This document shows positions 36,920 to 49,551 of a stretch of 64,000 nucleotides of DNA, piece by piece. Origin of the DNA: Podarcis muralis (Eukaryota). The position numbers and the translations under genes are program-made. Each line of letters begins with the position of its first letter. The first letter of the stretch is position 1. A model generated the notes under the pieces. That model did not search any database. It saw nothing but the letters and a program-made list of their open reading frames with translations, and was not told where the DNA came from. The stretch covers positions 1,116,001-1,180,000 of the forward strand of contig NC_135670.1 in the NCBI RefSeq assembly GCF_964188315.1, given 5' to 3'.

Positions 36920-38689
36920 TATTATTATTATTAATGTCAATGCCAGATGTCACTAACCTGGTGCCTTCCAGATCATTTCAATTGCAACTCTCAGTAGTTC
37001 CATGGGTCTTCAATGGCTTCCTGCAGCCAGTCAGAAGCCACACTTTGGTTTTCAAATGTTTCAGAAGTCAAACGGACTTCTGGAATGGATTCTGTTTGAC
37101 TTCTGAGGTACAAGTGTATTCTCCCTCTGAAAACTTTTAATAAACATATGAATATTTTTAAAACTGCATATGCACATAAATGCGATATAGAAAGTATGAA
37201 GTCTGAGGTGTATGAATATCTAAAACACTTTCAAACCTTCTGAAAATGCATTTTTAAAAATATTTCATCATCCCTTTAAAACACATGGCCTGAACATACC
37301 CCTGTATCTGGGAACAGGGATATATACCTTTCCTACTGCAAGATTAACTTTGATATTTTTGTTCTACTAACACTGTTGCAAATGAAGAAATAAATGAATT
37401 GATGCACGGTGCAAGGGCTGAGATTCTCATTTATGCTTGCTATGTTCTTTGTATTCTGATTCCAGATATGGATGATTGCTTTCAATGTCCAGGAGATCAA
37501 TATCCAAACATTGGTCAGGATACATGCCTTCCAAAAACCATCAGCTTCCTTTCTCACAAAGAGCTTCTGGGGATCAGCTTGGACGCTGTTGCTCTCTCCT
37601 TTTCTTGCATCACAGCTCTTGTGCTTGGAATCTTTATGAAGAACAAGGACACACCCATAGTCAGAGCCAACAACAGGGGCCTCACCTACACTCTCCTCAT
37701 CGCCCTCCTGCTCTCCTTCCTTTCTGCTTTGCTGTTCATTGGACAACCGGAGGTTGTGACCTGCCTCCTTCGACAAATACTTTTTAGCATAATCTTCTCC
37801 GTGGCAGTTTCTTGCATATTGGCCAAAACCACCATTGTGGTGCTAGCTTTCATGGCCACAAAGCCAGGGTCCAGGATAAGAAAATGGGTGGGGAAACAAT
37901 TAGCCATCTCCATAGTCCTGTCCTGCTCCCTGATTCAAACCACAATCTGTAGTGTCTGGCTGGCAACCACTCCCCCATTCCCAGACCTTGACAAACACTC
38001 AATGCCAAAAGAAATTGTGCTTGAATGCAATGAAGGGTCGACTGTCATGCTTTACTGTGTGTTGGGCTTCCTGTGTCTCCTGGCCATTGTCAGCTTCACG
38101 CTGGCCTTCTTAGCTAGAAAGTTGCCCGACAGTTTCAATGAAGCCAAGTTCATCACCTTCAGCATGTTGATCTTTTGCACGGTATGGCTGTCCTTTGTTC
38201 CCACGTATCTGAGTACCAAGGGGAAGTACATGGTGGCCGTGGAGATCTTCTCCATCTTGGCCTCCAGTTGTGGGTTACTGGGCTGCATCTTTTCCCCAAA
38301 ATGCTATGTCATTTTACTGAGACCTGATCTGAATAGCAAAGAGCAGCTAAACATAAGAAAGAATTAAAATAATTAACAAGTCTGTCTGTTCAATTCTATA
38401 TGGTACGTTTAAATAAATATTTGAGATTATATCATGTGTTACTCAATAGTGTGACATTAGAATTGAGACACTCCCTTCTGGATCCTTTCTATCAGTGGAA
38501 TGGGGATAATGTTGAACATTGGGGAACTTTAATGAATATAGACTCATATAATTGAAGAGTTGGACAGGGTCTAATGTAATAATCACAGCAAAAGGATCCC
38601 TGACAGATGTTCATCCAAACTTGGGTTAAGAATGAAGGGCATCACAGGAAACCTCAATTCTGACCTCTGATTGAGTTAAATATAACAAC

Positions 38690-39460
38690 AACTTTTTTAT
38701 TTCTACCCTGCCCACCTGGCTAGGTTTCCCCAGCTACTCTGGGTGGCTTTCAACAGAACCCTTAAAACAGAATAAAACTTCAAACATTAAAAAACTACCC
38801 TAAACAGGGCTGCCTTCAGATGTCTTCTGATACTCAGATAGTTGTTTATTCCCTTGACATCTGATGGGAGGGCATTCCACAGGGCAGGTGCTACTACTGA
38901 GGAGGCCCTCTGCCTGGTTCCCTGCAACCTCACTTCTCGCTGTGTGAGGGCTGAACGATAGGGGTGGAGACGCCCCTTCAGGTCTACTGGGCCGAGGCCA
39001 TTTAGCGCTCTGAAGGTCAGCACCAACACTTTGAATTGTGCTCAGAAACGTACTGGGAGCCAATGGGCGGCCACTCCCAGTCTAGCTGCTGCATTCTGGA
39101 TTAGTTGCAGTTTCCAGGTCACCTTCAAAGGTAGCCCCACATAGAGTGCATTGCAGTTGTCCAAGCAGGAGGTAACTAGAACATTCACCACAGGCGAGAC
39201 AGTCTGTGGGCAGGTAAGGTCTCACCCTGCATACCAGATGGAGCTGGTAGACAGCTGCCCTGGACACAGAATTAACCTGCGGCTCCATGGACAGCTGTGA
39301 GTCCAAAATGACTCCCAGGCTGTGCACGTGGTCCTTCAGGGGCACAGTTACCCCATTCAGGACCAGGGAGTCCCCCACAGCCACCCACCCCCTGTCACTG
39401 CAAAACAGTACTTCTGTCTTGTCAGGATTCAACCTCAATCCTCTAAACCCCTGCAACCTT
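38690..39460 (-). mobile_element. L2-clade LINE 3' fragment
   Basis: RLNPDKTEVL...SLGVILDSQLSM...; LVLTFRALNGLGP...ALWNALP; 3' UTR at ~38690-38790. Confidence 0.85.
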
Positions 39461-40454
39461 GAAGAACAATTTCAGTGGAAACAGTCTCAGGAGGCTTGAT
39501 AAAAGTTCAAAGTTGGGCTCCTGTGTCATTCCTGTCTGAATCAGTTTGGTTCCCTAGCTGAGATGTGTGCATGTCATAGTGTGTATCTGGGGTCCCTAGC
39601 GCCTTTGGCAAGGAGTTGTGTTATTGCTCCCCACAAAATCAACTATGGGGGTCTTGCATGTGCACTGCTCAATGGTGCCTCCTAATAGTGCCAATTCATA
39701 ACTGAGTCTCACGTCCCAAGGAGGGAATCATTTCCTCCCTATCCTTAGGTGGTGAGCCACAGCTTGAGGCTGTGTGACAAGCCCAGAGGGATAGAGGGAT
39801 GTGTCCCTATTAGATTTAGTAAAGATTTCGTCCATACTTTGATGAGCAAATTGTTTTGAGTTTTATTCACCATTCCTCTGACTTTTTATATTTTAACAAA
39901 TAAACATTTTACTCCACTTATATCTCCAAGTCTTCTTTTGGGTGTGGGGGCAATGTCAGTGATGTACTAAACATATTTTTGTGTGCAATGTTACTGAGGG
40001 AAATTATTTCTCCTACGATTATCACCAAGTTCATAGAAATAACTGATTCTTCTCCAAATCCCAGGAAAATTCAAGTAGCCACATGCCAACGATGAACAAA
40101 GACTCAATGAAGCTGTTAATATCCCCTGATATATTCAAGCTTGGGCTGACACCGGATATTCTCTCAGTCTGATCAATTACTCCTTACACTGCAAAGATCT
40201 GGCATTTCTTGCCATTCCAGTGAGACATGAAGAGTTACAACAGATCCATAGCATCAAATGTGTCCTGTTCACCCATCAGAGCTTTCATGTCTTTAGAATG
40301 CTTTTGCATCAACGTTATTGTCCATGACTTTTTGCCTCCACAGGGATAGATATGCCTTGTTCGAAATTTTGCACCTCTAGGTGATACTTTGACTACGATA
40401 AGGGAAACGTGATTTTCTGTTGCGATCTGATAGAAAACCTACAACTCAAAACTG

Positions 40455-40523
40455 GTAATTATCTCTCCTCTGATTATCAAGTTAATCATAGCCACTTTGG
40501 CTTCTTCTCTCCATCCCAGGGGA
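40455..40523 (+). promoter_or_regulatory. Conserved promoter module of V2R E
   Basis: GTAATTATCTCTCCTCTGATTATCAAGTTAATCAT followed by a canonical O/E (Ebf) site TCCCAGGGGA at 40514-40523. Confidence 0.6.
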
Positions 40524-40752
40524 ATCATACAGCAGCCACATACAAACTGGGAACCAAGGCTAGAAGATGCCATGAATAGTCCCTGTGCCATTCAAGGCTG
40601 CTAGACTCAAGGCACTCTCAGACTGATCACTGATTTCTTTGCACTGAACAGACCAAATTTGCATGGATGTTCCAGTGAGAATTTCCTAATCAGGAATGCT
40701 CTGTTGATAATGTGCAAAGAGGTTAATAGTTTCGTAAAACCGTACATTCAGG

Positions 40753-43210
40753 ATGGTGCTATACCCAGTATTAATATCAGTGTTGCTGCCTCCTATGTGT
40801 GCAAGCCTCCAATTCATCAATGTGCTCTCAGGGACCCACTTCCAATTCTTCACCAATATTATCAGTCTGGAGACGTCATCATTGCTGGCATTATGTCGCA
40901 AATCTATATAGCTTCGGGTATATTGACCTTCAAGAACCCTCCCTCTCCCGAACTTTTCGATCATACTTTGTAAGTAATTGCATGTGGGGGTTGACTAGAT
41001 GACTCTTGGGTCCCTTCCAGCTCTAAGTTTCTATGATTCTATGTGTTATGAGTATATTTACGCATTTTCTGCATGGTGATAATGAACTGTGGTGGTGATT
41101 TCCACTAATCTTCTCCTTTTTAGTACTTTGTAAGGGGTTGGAGAAGATATGATATCTCAAAATGCTTTCTTCAAGCTGTGTCAACCTTTGCTTTGGAATT
41201 TTTGCCTATAAATATGTTCCAGATTTAGAATTTAGCCATTTCAACTTTATCACATGGCAATATGCATAGCAGAAATTACATTTACTCTGTTAAGGCGTTC
41301 TGGTCATTTTAAATGGAAGTCTCTGGGTTTCTAGAGTTCAGCTTTGGTTTTTATCAGATACGTCAGGAATCATTAATCGCTCAGACTTGGAATTCATAAT
41401 AATAGTAGCAGGGTTGGCAGAAACAATTGCTTGCATTCTGTGGACAAAGAAACACATTCCTGCTTAAAATTGGTGTGAAATCAGGTGTGGTCTGATTTAT
41501 TACCATGGAAAACTGTCCTTGGGTTACAAGTGTGGCGCCTGAGGACCCCCTTGGGATTCTGAGGAGCTGCAGACTATGAAACAAGCTGGAAGAAGAATAG
41601 AACACAATTAGTGCAAGTCTTGCTCCGAAACCAATGAAACGCTTATTAGTGAACGTAATCATCCTACTATGTGGCTGTGTGGGCTGTGAAAAATGCTTAT
41701 TTTGTGTCTCTGGAGGTTACTGACTCCCATTGTGGGTGAGGGGGCAACCTCTGGAAGATTTGGAGACCCACTGTGACCAACCGGCTACTAAAGGAGTGGA
41801 TAAAGCCTAGACCGGAGGGGTTGAGGGCTTTGTAAAATATTAAAAGGTCCTTGAACCTAGCTTGGTAGTACATTGCCAACCAGTACAAATAATTTAATGG
41901 TGTCCCATTAAATGTTTAACCACTACATTTGACACCAGCTGGGGCTTCCAAACCAGACCAAAGAACTGCCACACAGAAAGAATTGCAACCAGCCAGTTTT
42001 GAGGTTACAGTGGCAAGGACTAGAGTTGTTAGGGTACCACTGTCCACAGCTGGAAATCAGAAAGCCAGGTGGTAGGCGCTGGAGACTGATCTTCATTGCT
42101 GTACCTGAGGGAAACTTCTTCCCATTGACCTTAAGATGAACATTGCTTGGGGATCATAGCTGAAAATGACTTCTTCTGAACATAAAGACTTGTCCTATAC
42201 AACTGACCTAGGAGTCATAATTCAAGGCCTTTCGAAACTTGTGCATGATATCTGCCAAGCACAAGAGATGGGGCTTCCATGTACAAATATCTGTTTTTTC
42301 CTTTTCAGACATGGATGAATGTTTTGAATGCCCTGCAGACCAGCATCCAAACAAGGACCAGGATGGATGCCTTCCAAAACAAAAAACCTTCTTGTCTTAT
42401 GGAGAAGCTCTGGGGATATGTTTGGCTACCTTGGCTCTCTCTTTTTCTTTCCTCACTGCTTTGGTGCTTGGAATCTTTGTGAAGAACAACGACACTCCCA
42501 TCGTCAAAGCCAACAACCAGAAGCTCACCTACACTCTCCTCATCTCCCTCCTGCTCTCCTTCCTTTGTGTTTTGCTCTTCATTGGCCAGCCTGTAGAGCT
42601 CACATGCCTCCTTCGGCAAACTGCCTTTGGCACGATCTTCTCAGTGGCAGTTTCTTGCATATTGGCCAAAACCACCATTGTGGTTCTGGCTTTCATGGCC
42701 ACCAAGCCAGGCTCCAAAATGAGAAGATGGGTGGGGAAACCATTGTCCAATTCTCTTGCTCTTTCCTGCTCTCTAATTCAAGCCACCATATGCACAGTGT
42801 GGCTGGCAACCTCTCCCCCATTCCCAGATTTGGACACACACACAATGCTCAAAGAAATTGTACTGTTCTGCAATGAGGGGTCAGACCTTATGTTTTATGG
42901 TATCCTAGGCTACATGGGCCTCCTGGCCATTGTCAGCTTTGTTGTGGCTTTTCTAGCTAGGAGGTTGCCTGACAGCTTCAATGAAGCCAAGTTTATCACC
43001 TTTAGCATGTTGGTCTTTTGTAGTGTTTGGTTGTCCTTTGTACCAACATACATGAGCACAAAAGGGAAATTCATGGTGGTTGTGGAGGTCTTCTCCATCT
43101 TGGCCTCCAGCTTTGGATTACTGGGGTGCATCTTTTTCCCCAAATGCTATATTATTTTACTGAGGCCTCAGCTGAACACCAGGGGGCAGCTGATTAGAAG
43201 AAACAAATAA
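40753..43210 (+). pseudogene. V2R unit E: frameshifted exon 1 plus intact exon 6, exons 2-5 missing
   Basis: Exon 1 40753-40969 has a 1-bp deletion near 40795 (CCT CCT AT GTG TGC AAG versus CCT CAA GTT GTG TGC AAG in G), giving TAG at 40909. Donor GTAAGT at 40970. The next V2R exon is the 7TM exon 42309-43210, which is fully open. No exon 2-5 sequence was found in the 1.3 kb between. Confidence 0.85.
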
Positions 43211-44288
43211 TCAGAATATCAAGCCCAACACAATCTCATTGCATTCCAATGTTTATAATTATCATTTTCAGATCAGAAAATGCTATTTGAGCTGCTGTTA
43301 GTGAATGGGTGAAGTTTCCATTAAGTCAGCTATGATTAGGGTAGGGAAATATTGTATCAATGAATTCCTAGAAAGATTGTAGCCTGCTGTATTATTTAAT
43401 TCTAGCAAGTTTAGATGCCCGTATATCTTAATATTTGGACATAACCAAAATATAAGGTATGTAATAATTTTGCACCACCAGTTTCACATTTCAGAGGATT
43501 TCATTTAATTTTGGTGCCATGCAATATCATCCACATATCAAGTTATGAAGGCTTTTTGCAAATTTAGGAACTTTAAACTGCTTTTTAGTTTCCCTGTTTT
43601 TTCTCTCTCTTAAGAGACTTATTTCCCTTTTCGTGTGATATTGATGTCATTTTATTTTCAGGTGTTATGTACATAAACTAAGTTTCATTCTCAGTGTTAC
43701 ACAGACCATTTTCTGAATCTATACAAATCATCAATTAGTTTAGTTTATATATATGTACACTAGGCAGATCTTCTTAATGTTGAGAATTAGAAAATTAGGG
43801 GGGAAAGAAAAACTCTTCCATTTGATCATGTGATATGAATCAAACAGCCCCTTTATGCACTTGGTTGAAGTTCTGTTGAGGCATACAAGTTTGCATCTCC
43901 CTTTATTGCAACAAGTCACTGATGGATTAACCTTTATTTTTTAACCCTGATGGAGCACCTGAACCATAGGCAAACCTCTGTTGGCTGTGACTACCACACA
44001 ACCATTCAATTGCATCAAGGCACACACCCCTCTCCTCTGCTGCATTCCACCCCAAACTCTGAGCAGTGCGAGATTCCAGGGGTTCCAGATTCCTTCCTTG
44101 GAATGAGGGACAGTGGATACTGTGGTGTTTTCACCCCCCCCAAAAGCAGGCTATCCATCATCTGCATAGAAACTTTTAATGAAGGGAGTTCTACTAATAT
44201 GCAAGACCACCTGTCCCCTTATGAAACAGCTCACACTATTAGAAAGAATTGCTCTCTAAGGTCTCAGAACTTCACAATTCAGCAGATC

Positions 44289-46265
44289 TTTTTTTAAAAA
44301 AATAATATTTTATTAGAGTTTCAAATAATACAAAAAAACAAAAAGAAAAAGAACAAAAAAGAAAAAAGAAAAAAGAATAAAAAAGAGTTCATCCTTTACA
44401 ATCCCATTTTCAGTCACTTTTTTCCCGCGACTTCCCCTCACCTCCCCTTCTTGTATTCCATGTCCAAATATTTATCCAACAAGTTCTTATCCCTAAATTC
44501 TTAACCTTAATTTGTTATTATATTTATTATATTATATTATATTTTTAACCTTAATTTGTTATCATAGTTAATTCAATTTATATATCAACTTTTAACTTAT
44601 ATACCTCAATCCTTTACACTTGAGAACTTTTTCTAAGGTCGACCCAGTTTCCCTTCCACGAATTCCCCATTCTTATACTAATAACAACACAAAATTAAAA
44701 AAACAGAGTAAAAAGAATCAAACACCCTTTGGATTTCCAAACCCCACCCTCCCTTCCCCGGTTTCGATCCCAGAACCATTGTCCATTAGTCCATCTACTA
44801 TCAGCCTGGCAACCTCACGTCCGAGGCCCTTAAGTCTCTCTCAGTCCCTCTCTGCCGGTTTCTTTGAAAGTCCCTTATAATTAACGCCAAGTCTCGGAGG
44901 GGCACTCTCTCTATAATGTCCATGTTCCTTCCAGCCAGACCTCCATGTTCAAAAGTGGGGCTCAAATCTTGTTTCTTGATCCTTTTAAGTCCAAATATCC
45001 CAAGAGCTCCAGCTTCCACCTTGATCAAACTTAAAGTCCATAGATCTTCAGATCCCCACAAAAGGAGATCTTTCCATTCCTCATTTCTAAGTTCAAACCA
45101 AGTTTTCCTCTTCCAGTCCTTATTTTCTTTTGTATCCATCTTGACAGGCCTCCAGCTCTCATTTGCCTTCTGCAGCATTGCAGCCCCTCCTTTCTGCTCC
45201 TCCTGATCAGCATATATCTCTTCCTCTTTTTCTTGTTCAGCTGCCTGGGTTTTGTACATCAAGTCCTCTTCCAATTCAGTAGATACATTTGTTGTTGACT
45301 TCAAATTTATGACTTCAAATTTTGTAGACAAAACATGACCTTGCTCATACATCCTTCGCAACTTTCCCATGAGAAAAGCAACCTCATCCAGGTCAGCCAG
45401 TATTTTCTGGCCTATTTCCATTCTTGTAATGTCCCTGAACCCCCTCTAGAGGGATTCTGGTTATTTAGTATTCCTTTCACTTCCAATCCAAAAGTCAAGT
45501 TAATTTGTTTCAGTCCTTCTTTATTTTCAGCAACTTGTAGCTATATTGTATCTAATATAACCGGCAAAAACATCAAAAGTAAAGTTTTCTATTTTTTTCT
45601 GACTTTGACAGCTAATTTGACAGCTGTCAAAATCTTCTGTGTCTCCTCAGCAGGCTCCTCTCGCGGATCGCTCCCGGTCCCGAGAGGGGTGGCACTTTAA
45701 TCAGAAAGTTAACTCTTATCCTCCAGCACAGTTACTTATACTTTCAATCCGTGGAATTAATAACTTTTATCCAAAAAGAAAAAGACTATTCTCCCGACCT
45801 TAGTTGTCAAATCCTTGCTTTAAAATGTTTACAATGGGGGGGGGGGGAGACGGACTTCCTCTTTGCACCTCCCCCCACTCATACCGAATCCAGAAAAGAA
45901 AAGTTTTGAGTCCAATTTCCAAATTACTCACGGGTTGTTGTTCTTAGTTTTAAGTCCAGATTTTCAGAAGAAGAAGTCAGCGCTCTCCATCGAATGGCAT
46001 GCAGCTTCACTCGGCAGGGGAAGCAGTAGACTCACAGCACCGCGCCGCTCCCCGTCCTCCGCTCCGTAGCCTTTAAAAAGGCTCCTTCGCGGGTCGGGAG
46101 GGCGCAAACGGTGCCCGCCGAGTCACCAGGTCCACGGGCATCCGCGCCCGTGGTTTTTGAGGGTCCCCGCATCGCCGGCGCGGCAGAACCCAACCCCTGT
46201 TGAGCAGATTCCCTCCGGAGCTCGGAGGGAATCCGCCATTCGGCGATGGCGCCAACCCGGAAGTC
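44289..46265 (-). mobile_element. ~2 kb non-autonomous L1-like element with a 206-aa orphan ORF
   Basis: CpG-rich 5' end GACTTCCGGGTTGGCGCCAT, TTTGACAGCTGTCAAA palindrome, ORF 45421-44801 with a true ATG, AATAAA plus A-rich 3' end. No clear TSD. Confidence 0.65.
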
Positions 46266-46345
46266 GAGGATCCCTCAGTTTTAAACCAAAAGAGATGTTC
46301 TAAATGGATTCCAAGGCATTTTTGAAAATTGTTTCAGGTAATATA

Positions 46346-46709
46346 AAGGTAAAGGTAAAGGTACCCCTGCCCGTACGGGCCAGCCTTGACAGACTCTGGG
46401 GTTGTGCGCCCATCTCACTCAAGAGGCCGGGGACCAGCGCTGTCCGGAGACACTTCCGGGTCACGTGGCCAGCGTGACAAGCTGCATCTGGAGAGCCAGC
46501 GCAGCACACGGAAACGCCATTTACCTTCCCGCTAGTAAGCAGTCCCTATTTATCTACTTGCACCCAGGGGTGCTTTCGAACTGCTAGGTTGGCAGGCGCT
46601 GGGACCGAGCAACGGGAGCGCCCCCCGCCGCGGGGATTCGAACCACCGACCTTTTGATCGGCAAGCCCTAGGCGCTGAGGCGACCTACCCACAGCGCCAC
46701 CTGCGTCCC
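46346..46709 (-). mobile_element. Sauria SINE
   Basis: (AAAGGT)n tail; 13-bp TSD TTCAGGTAATATA. Confidence 0.92.
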
Positions 46710-47779
46710 TTCAGGTAATATAGCACATTCATATTTTGCATCCTATCCCTCTCTAAACTCCTGGACATCTAGTTTACAGAACTCCAGTAAGATGTTCACC
46801 ATTTGACAGATTGTGTGGGATCTATGAGGTCTTCAGATGTTCCTGGCTGCCAATGCCCTCCATCACAGGCATCATGGTCAATAGTTGAGGGTGATGGGCA
46901 TTGTAGACCAATAACATCTGGAGGGTCACATGTTCCCCACCCTTGATGGAAGGTATATACATTTAATTATAGAACTACCTCCTGATCATCAGAAAAGATG
47001 GAGTACAAGATCCAGTCTCAGTGAGATGCATATAAATCCAATTGAATCTAGCAAGACTTTGGAGACCATGAGTTGGAACTGGAAAAGAAGCAGAGGGGAA
47101 GCTGTTACACAGGCTCTCCAGGTGTGGCATTTTGTTTTCTGTTTGCAAAGACCCAGCCTGACAGCTGATGCTGTGGCTTAAAGAAGAAACGAAGAGGGCT
47201 GCTGTCTAATTCCATTTTGAAGCCATCTGAGATAGCAAATGGGATTGCCAAAGACTTGTATTTTCTGATCATGATCTGGGACCAGGCAGGGGATTGGGAC
47301 CATGGTGGGGTTGGTTTAAGGCCTTACCGTGGCTGGCACCTCCTTCCTGGCATCAGGGCTGGTTTGGGGCCGCGCGGGTGGTGCGGCCTGAGGCCTGCTG
47401 GGCCTCCCGCAGTCAGCACCTTTCCCACAACTTTGGGGGTGGGATGAGGGGCACACAGGATGGGAACATAATTACATCAAAGGATGGGAATGTAATTACG
47501 TCATGAATTACATCTGTTGCCATCGTGGCATGAGACCTAAGCTATGGACTATATAAGGGCCAGCAACTGAAGGAGACGGGGAGACCTTGATTGTTTGGTG
47601 GTTGCCATTGGCCAAATAGCCATTAGGGGGCACTGGCAAGAGAGCACCTGTAGACAGCCCTAGAATGTACCACTACTCAGTTTCATTGGATGAACCTGAG
47701 TTCTAGTATTTCAAAGTGAAAAACGATCTGTTGTTTCATAAACCTCCTGATCATTTCCCCTCTTTGTGACCTTTTGGCC

Positions 47780-48650
47780 CTGGAATAGGACCCTAGAAAT
47801 ATCACCGCTCATAATGAATGTTTTCCACCCTCCAGACCTTTTTCTGTTTGGATACCCTGGTGCTGTCATATACCAATCTCTTCTCTAATTTCTTCTTAAG
47901 GGTGCTACATCCTCCCACTGGCTAAGAACCACCTCCCTTGTGACGTCAGGGATTCCAGAACTCCTCCCATTTAGCATTCTACATAAAGCATAAACCCAGC
48001 AAAATGTGTCTTTCAGATCTGTTATGCTACTTATTTTTCCAATCCTTGCTGCAGTTGTTGCATACATAAACAATTTTATAATTATATATTATCATTGAAA
48101 GGTTAAAAGACTATTATCGTTACAGTAAAACATTGGTTGCTGAATGTAATCCATTCCAGGAGCCTGTTCAGCTTCCGAAATCTTCGACAACCAAGGCACA
48201 GCTTCCAACTGGCTGCAGGAGATTCCTGCACTCAAGCGGAAGTCACACCAGACGTTTGGCTTCTGATAAACGTTCAAAAACCGGAAGGCTTAATTCTGAG
48301 TTTTCGGCGTTTGGGAGCCAAAACATTCCAAAATGGAGGCATTTGGCAACCAAAGTTTGACTTCATAAGGTCTCTACAACCAAAATAAGCAATAGTGGTG
48401 AAAGTAGGCAACCTTATATTGCACCTTTCATAACTGCATTTCTCTGAAAGTATCCAATTTACTATTAAATTTGCGTATTGTTCTGAACATATGGCAGTAA
48501 TAGCTCTTCCTGTTTTCTCCAAATGCCATGATTTCGATTACTTTTCTTAAGAGGACCCAAGATATATTATCAAAAGCCTTTTCTGGGTCCCAAAAGAACA
48601 TTGCAAATGGTTTATTGATATTTCTTTCATAAAATTCCAAGGCATTTATT
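47780..48650 (-). mobile_element. Degraded L1 ORF2 fragments interrupted by a MITE
   Basis: FFWDPEKAFDNISW (RT motif DAEKAFD) and LFMYATTAAR (ORF2 C-terminus). Confidence 0.7.
48124..48362. mobile_element. Degenerate Tc1/mariner-type MITE
   Basis: Reverse-complement similarity to 58838-59088 (GGCTGCAGGAGATTCCTGCACTC; TTTGGGAGCCAAAAC). Confidence 0.6.
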
Positions 48651-49281
48651 ACTATTCTCAGCAGCCCCTGGCCCCAGCATTGTGGAACACTCTGTCGCAA
48701 GAGACCAGAGCCCTGCAGGATTTGACATCTTTCTGCAGGGCCTTCAAGATGGAGCTGCTCTGCCATGCCTTTGGTTGGGGCCCAGTCTGACTCCCCCTCC
48801 TTTATAAGGACCTTCTATAAGACCCTGCATGTAGGCGGCCTCCCTAGCTCTTCCAAGCAGCCCATATAAGACCAGCATAAATAGTTGGGCCGGAGGGCTG
48901 CCATCTGATTTTACTTTGATCTTAATCTGATTTTAAGATGTATTTTAATTGATTGAAGCTCTTATTGGGAAATACATATGATAACTCTTATACATTGGAT
49001 ATTTAATTTGGATTATGGATGTATTCAAGTTTTGAAAAGATGGCCCTGTTAGAATTTATTCAAGGTTATATACAACATCAATAAATAGGTTTATTAGAAA
49101 ATGGTTATCCATTTGTAGAACTTGTGTGTATGTGTGTGGTCCCAATTTCCACAGTTGTTTCCACTGTTTCTCATTATAACTTTCTTGATCGCCCATTCAG
49201 GAGCGCCAGTTAAGACTTTGGTGAGATATGAAAAACATGTTTTTTTCTTGCAATGTGACAAAAAACTTAAAAGCCAGGGCA

Positions 49282-49410
49282 GATTATGGTCTGTCCTGTA
49301 ATTACAAAATTAATCATAATTACGTCTACTTCTTCTCATTGCTGCTAGGGAATTCCAGTGGACAAATGCAGAATTATGAACCAAGACTGCTGGGTGTTAT
49401 TAATATCCCC
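49282..49410 (+). promoter_or_regulatory. Conserved promoter module of V2R F
   Basis: GATTATGGTCTGTCCTGTAATTACAAAATTAATCAT, half O/E site CTAGGGAA, and TGTTATTAATATCCCC. Confidence 0.55.
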
Positions 49411-49551
49411 AATGTCATTCACAATCTGTGTTACTGAGAGTCAGGGCTCTGTCGGTCTGATTACTGGTTTTTTTACATCGTGTAATTCCGGCTTTGCGTC
49501 AGCTACATGTGTGGCTATTCTGCTCAGATGTTGTCATTCAGGGACAGTCAA

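Larger units (their letters stand above)
29901..38367 (+). pseudogene. V2R gene D, disrupted by a MITE in exon 1, otherwise intact
   Basis: Exon 1 is 29901-29938 plus 30624-30806 once the MITE and one TSD are removed (MLLFGVVVFLLLSQGICMLAPLPQC...). Other exons: 31815-32106, 32964-33824, 34469-34723, 35313-35439, 37466-38367. The reconstructed CDS is 2658 bp and open. Confidence 0.88.

Noticed and set aside
36170-37140. Several long ORFs on both strands
   Set aside because: Artefacts of the palindromic GC-rich MITE core.
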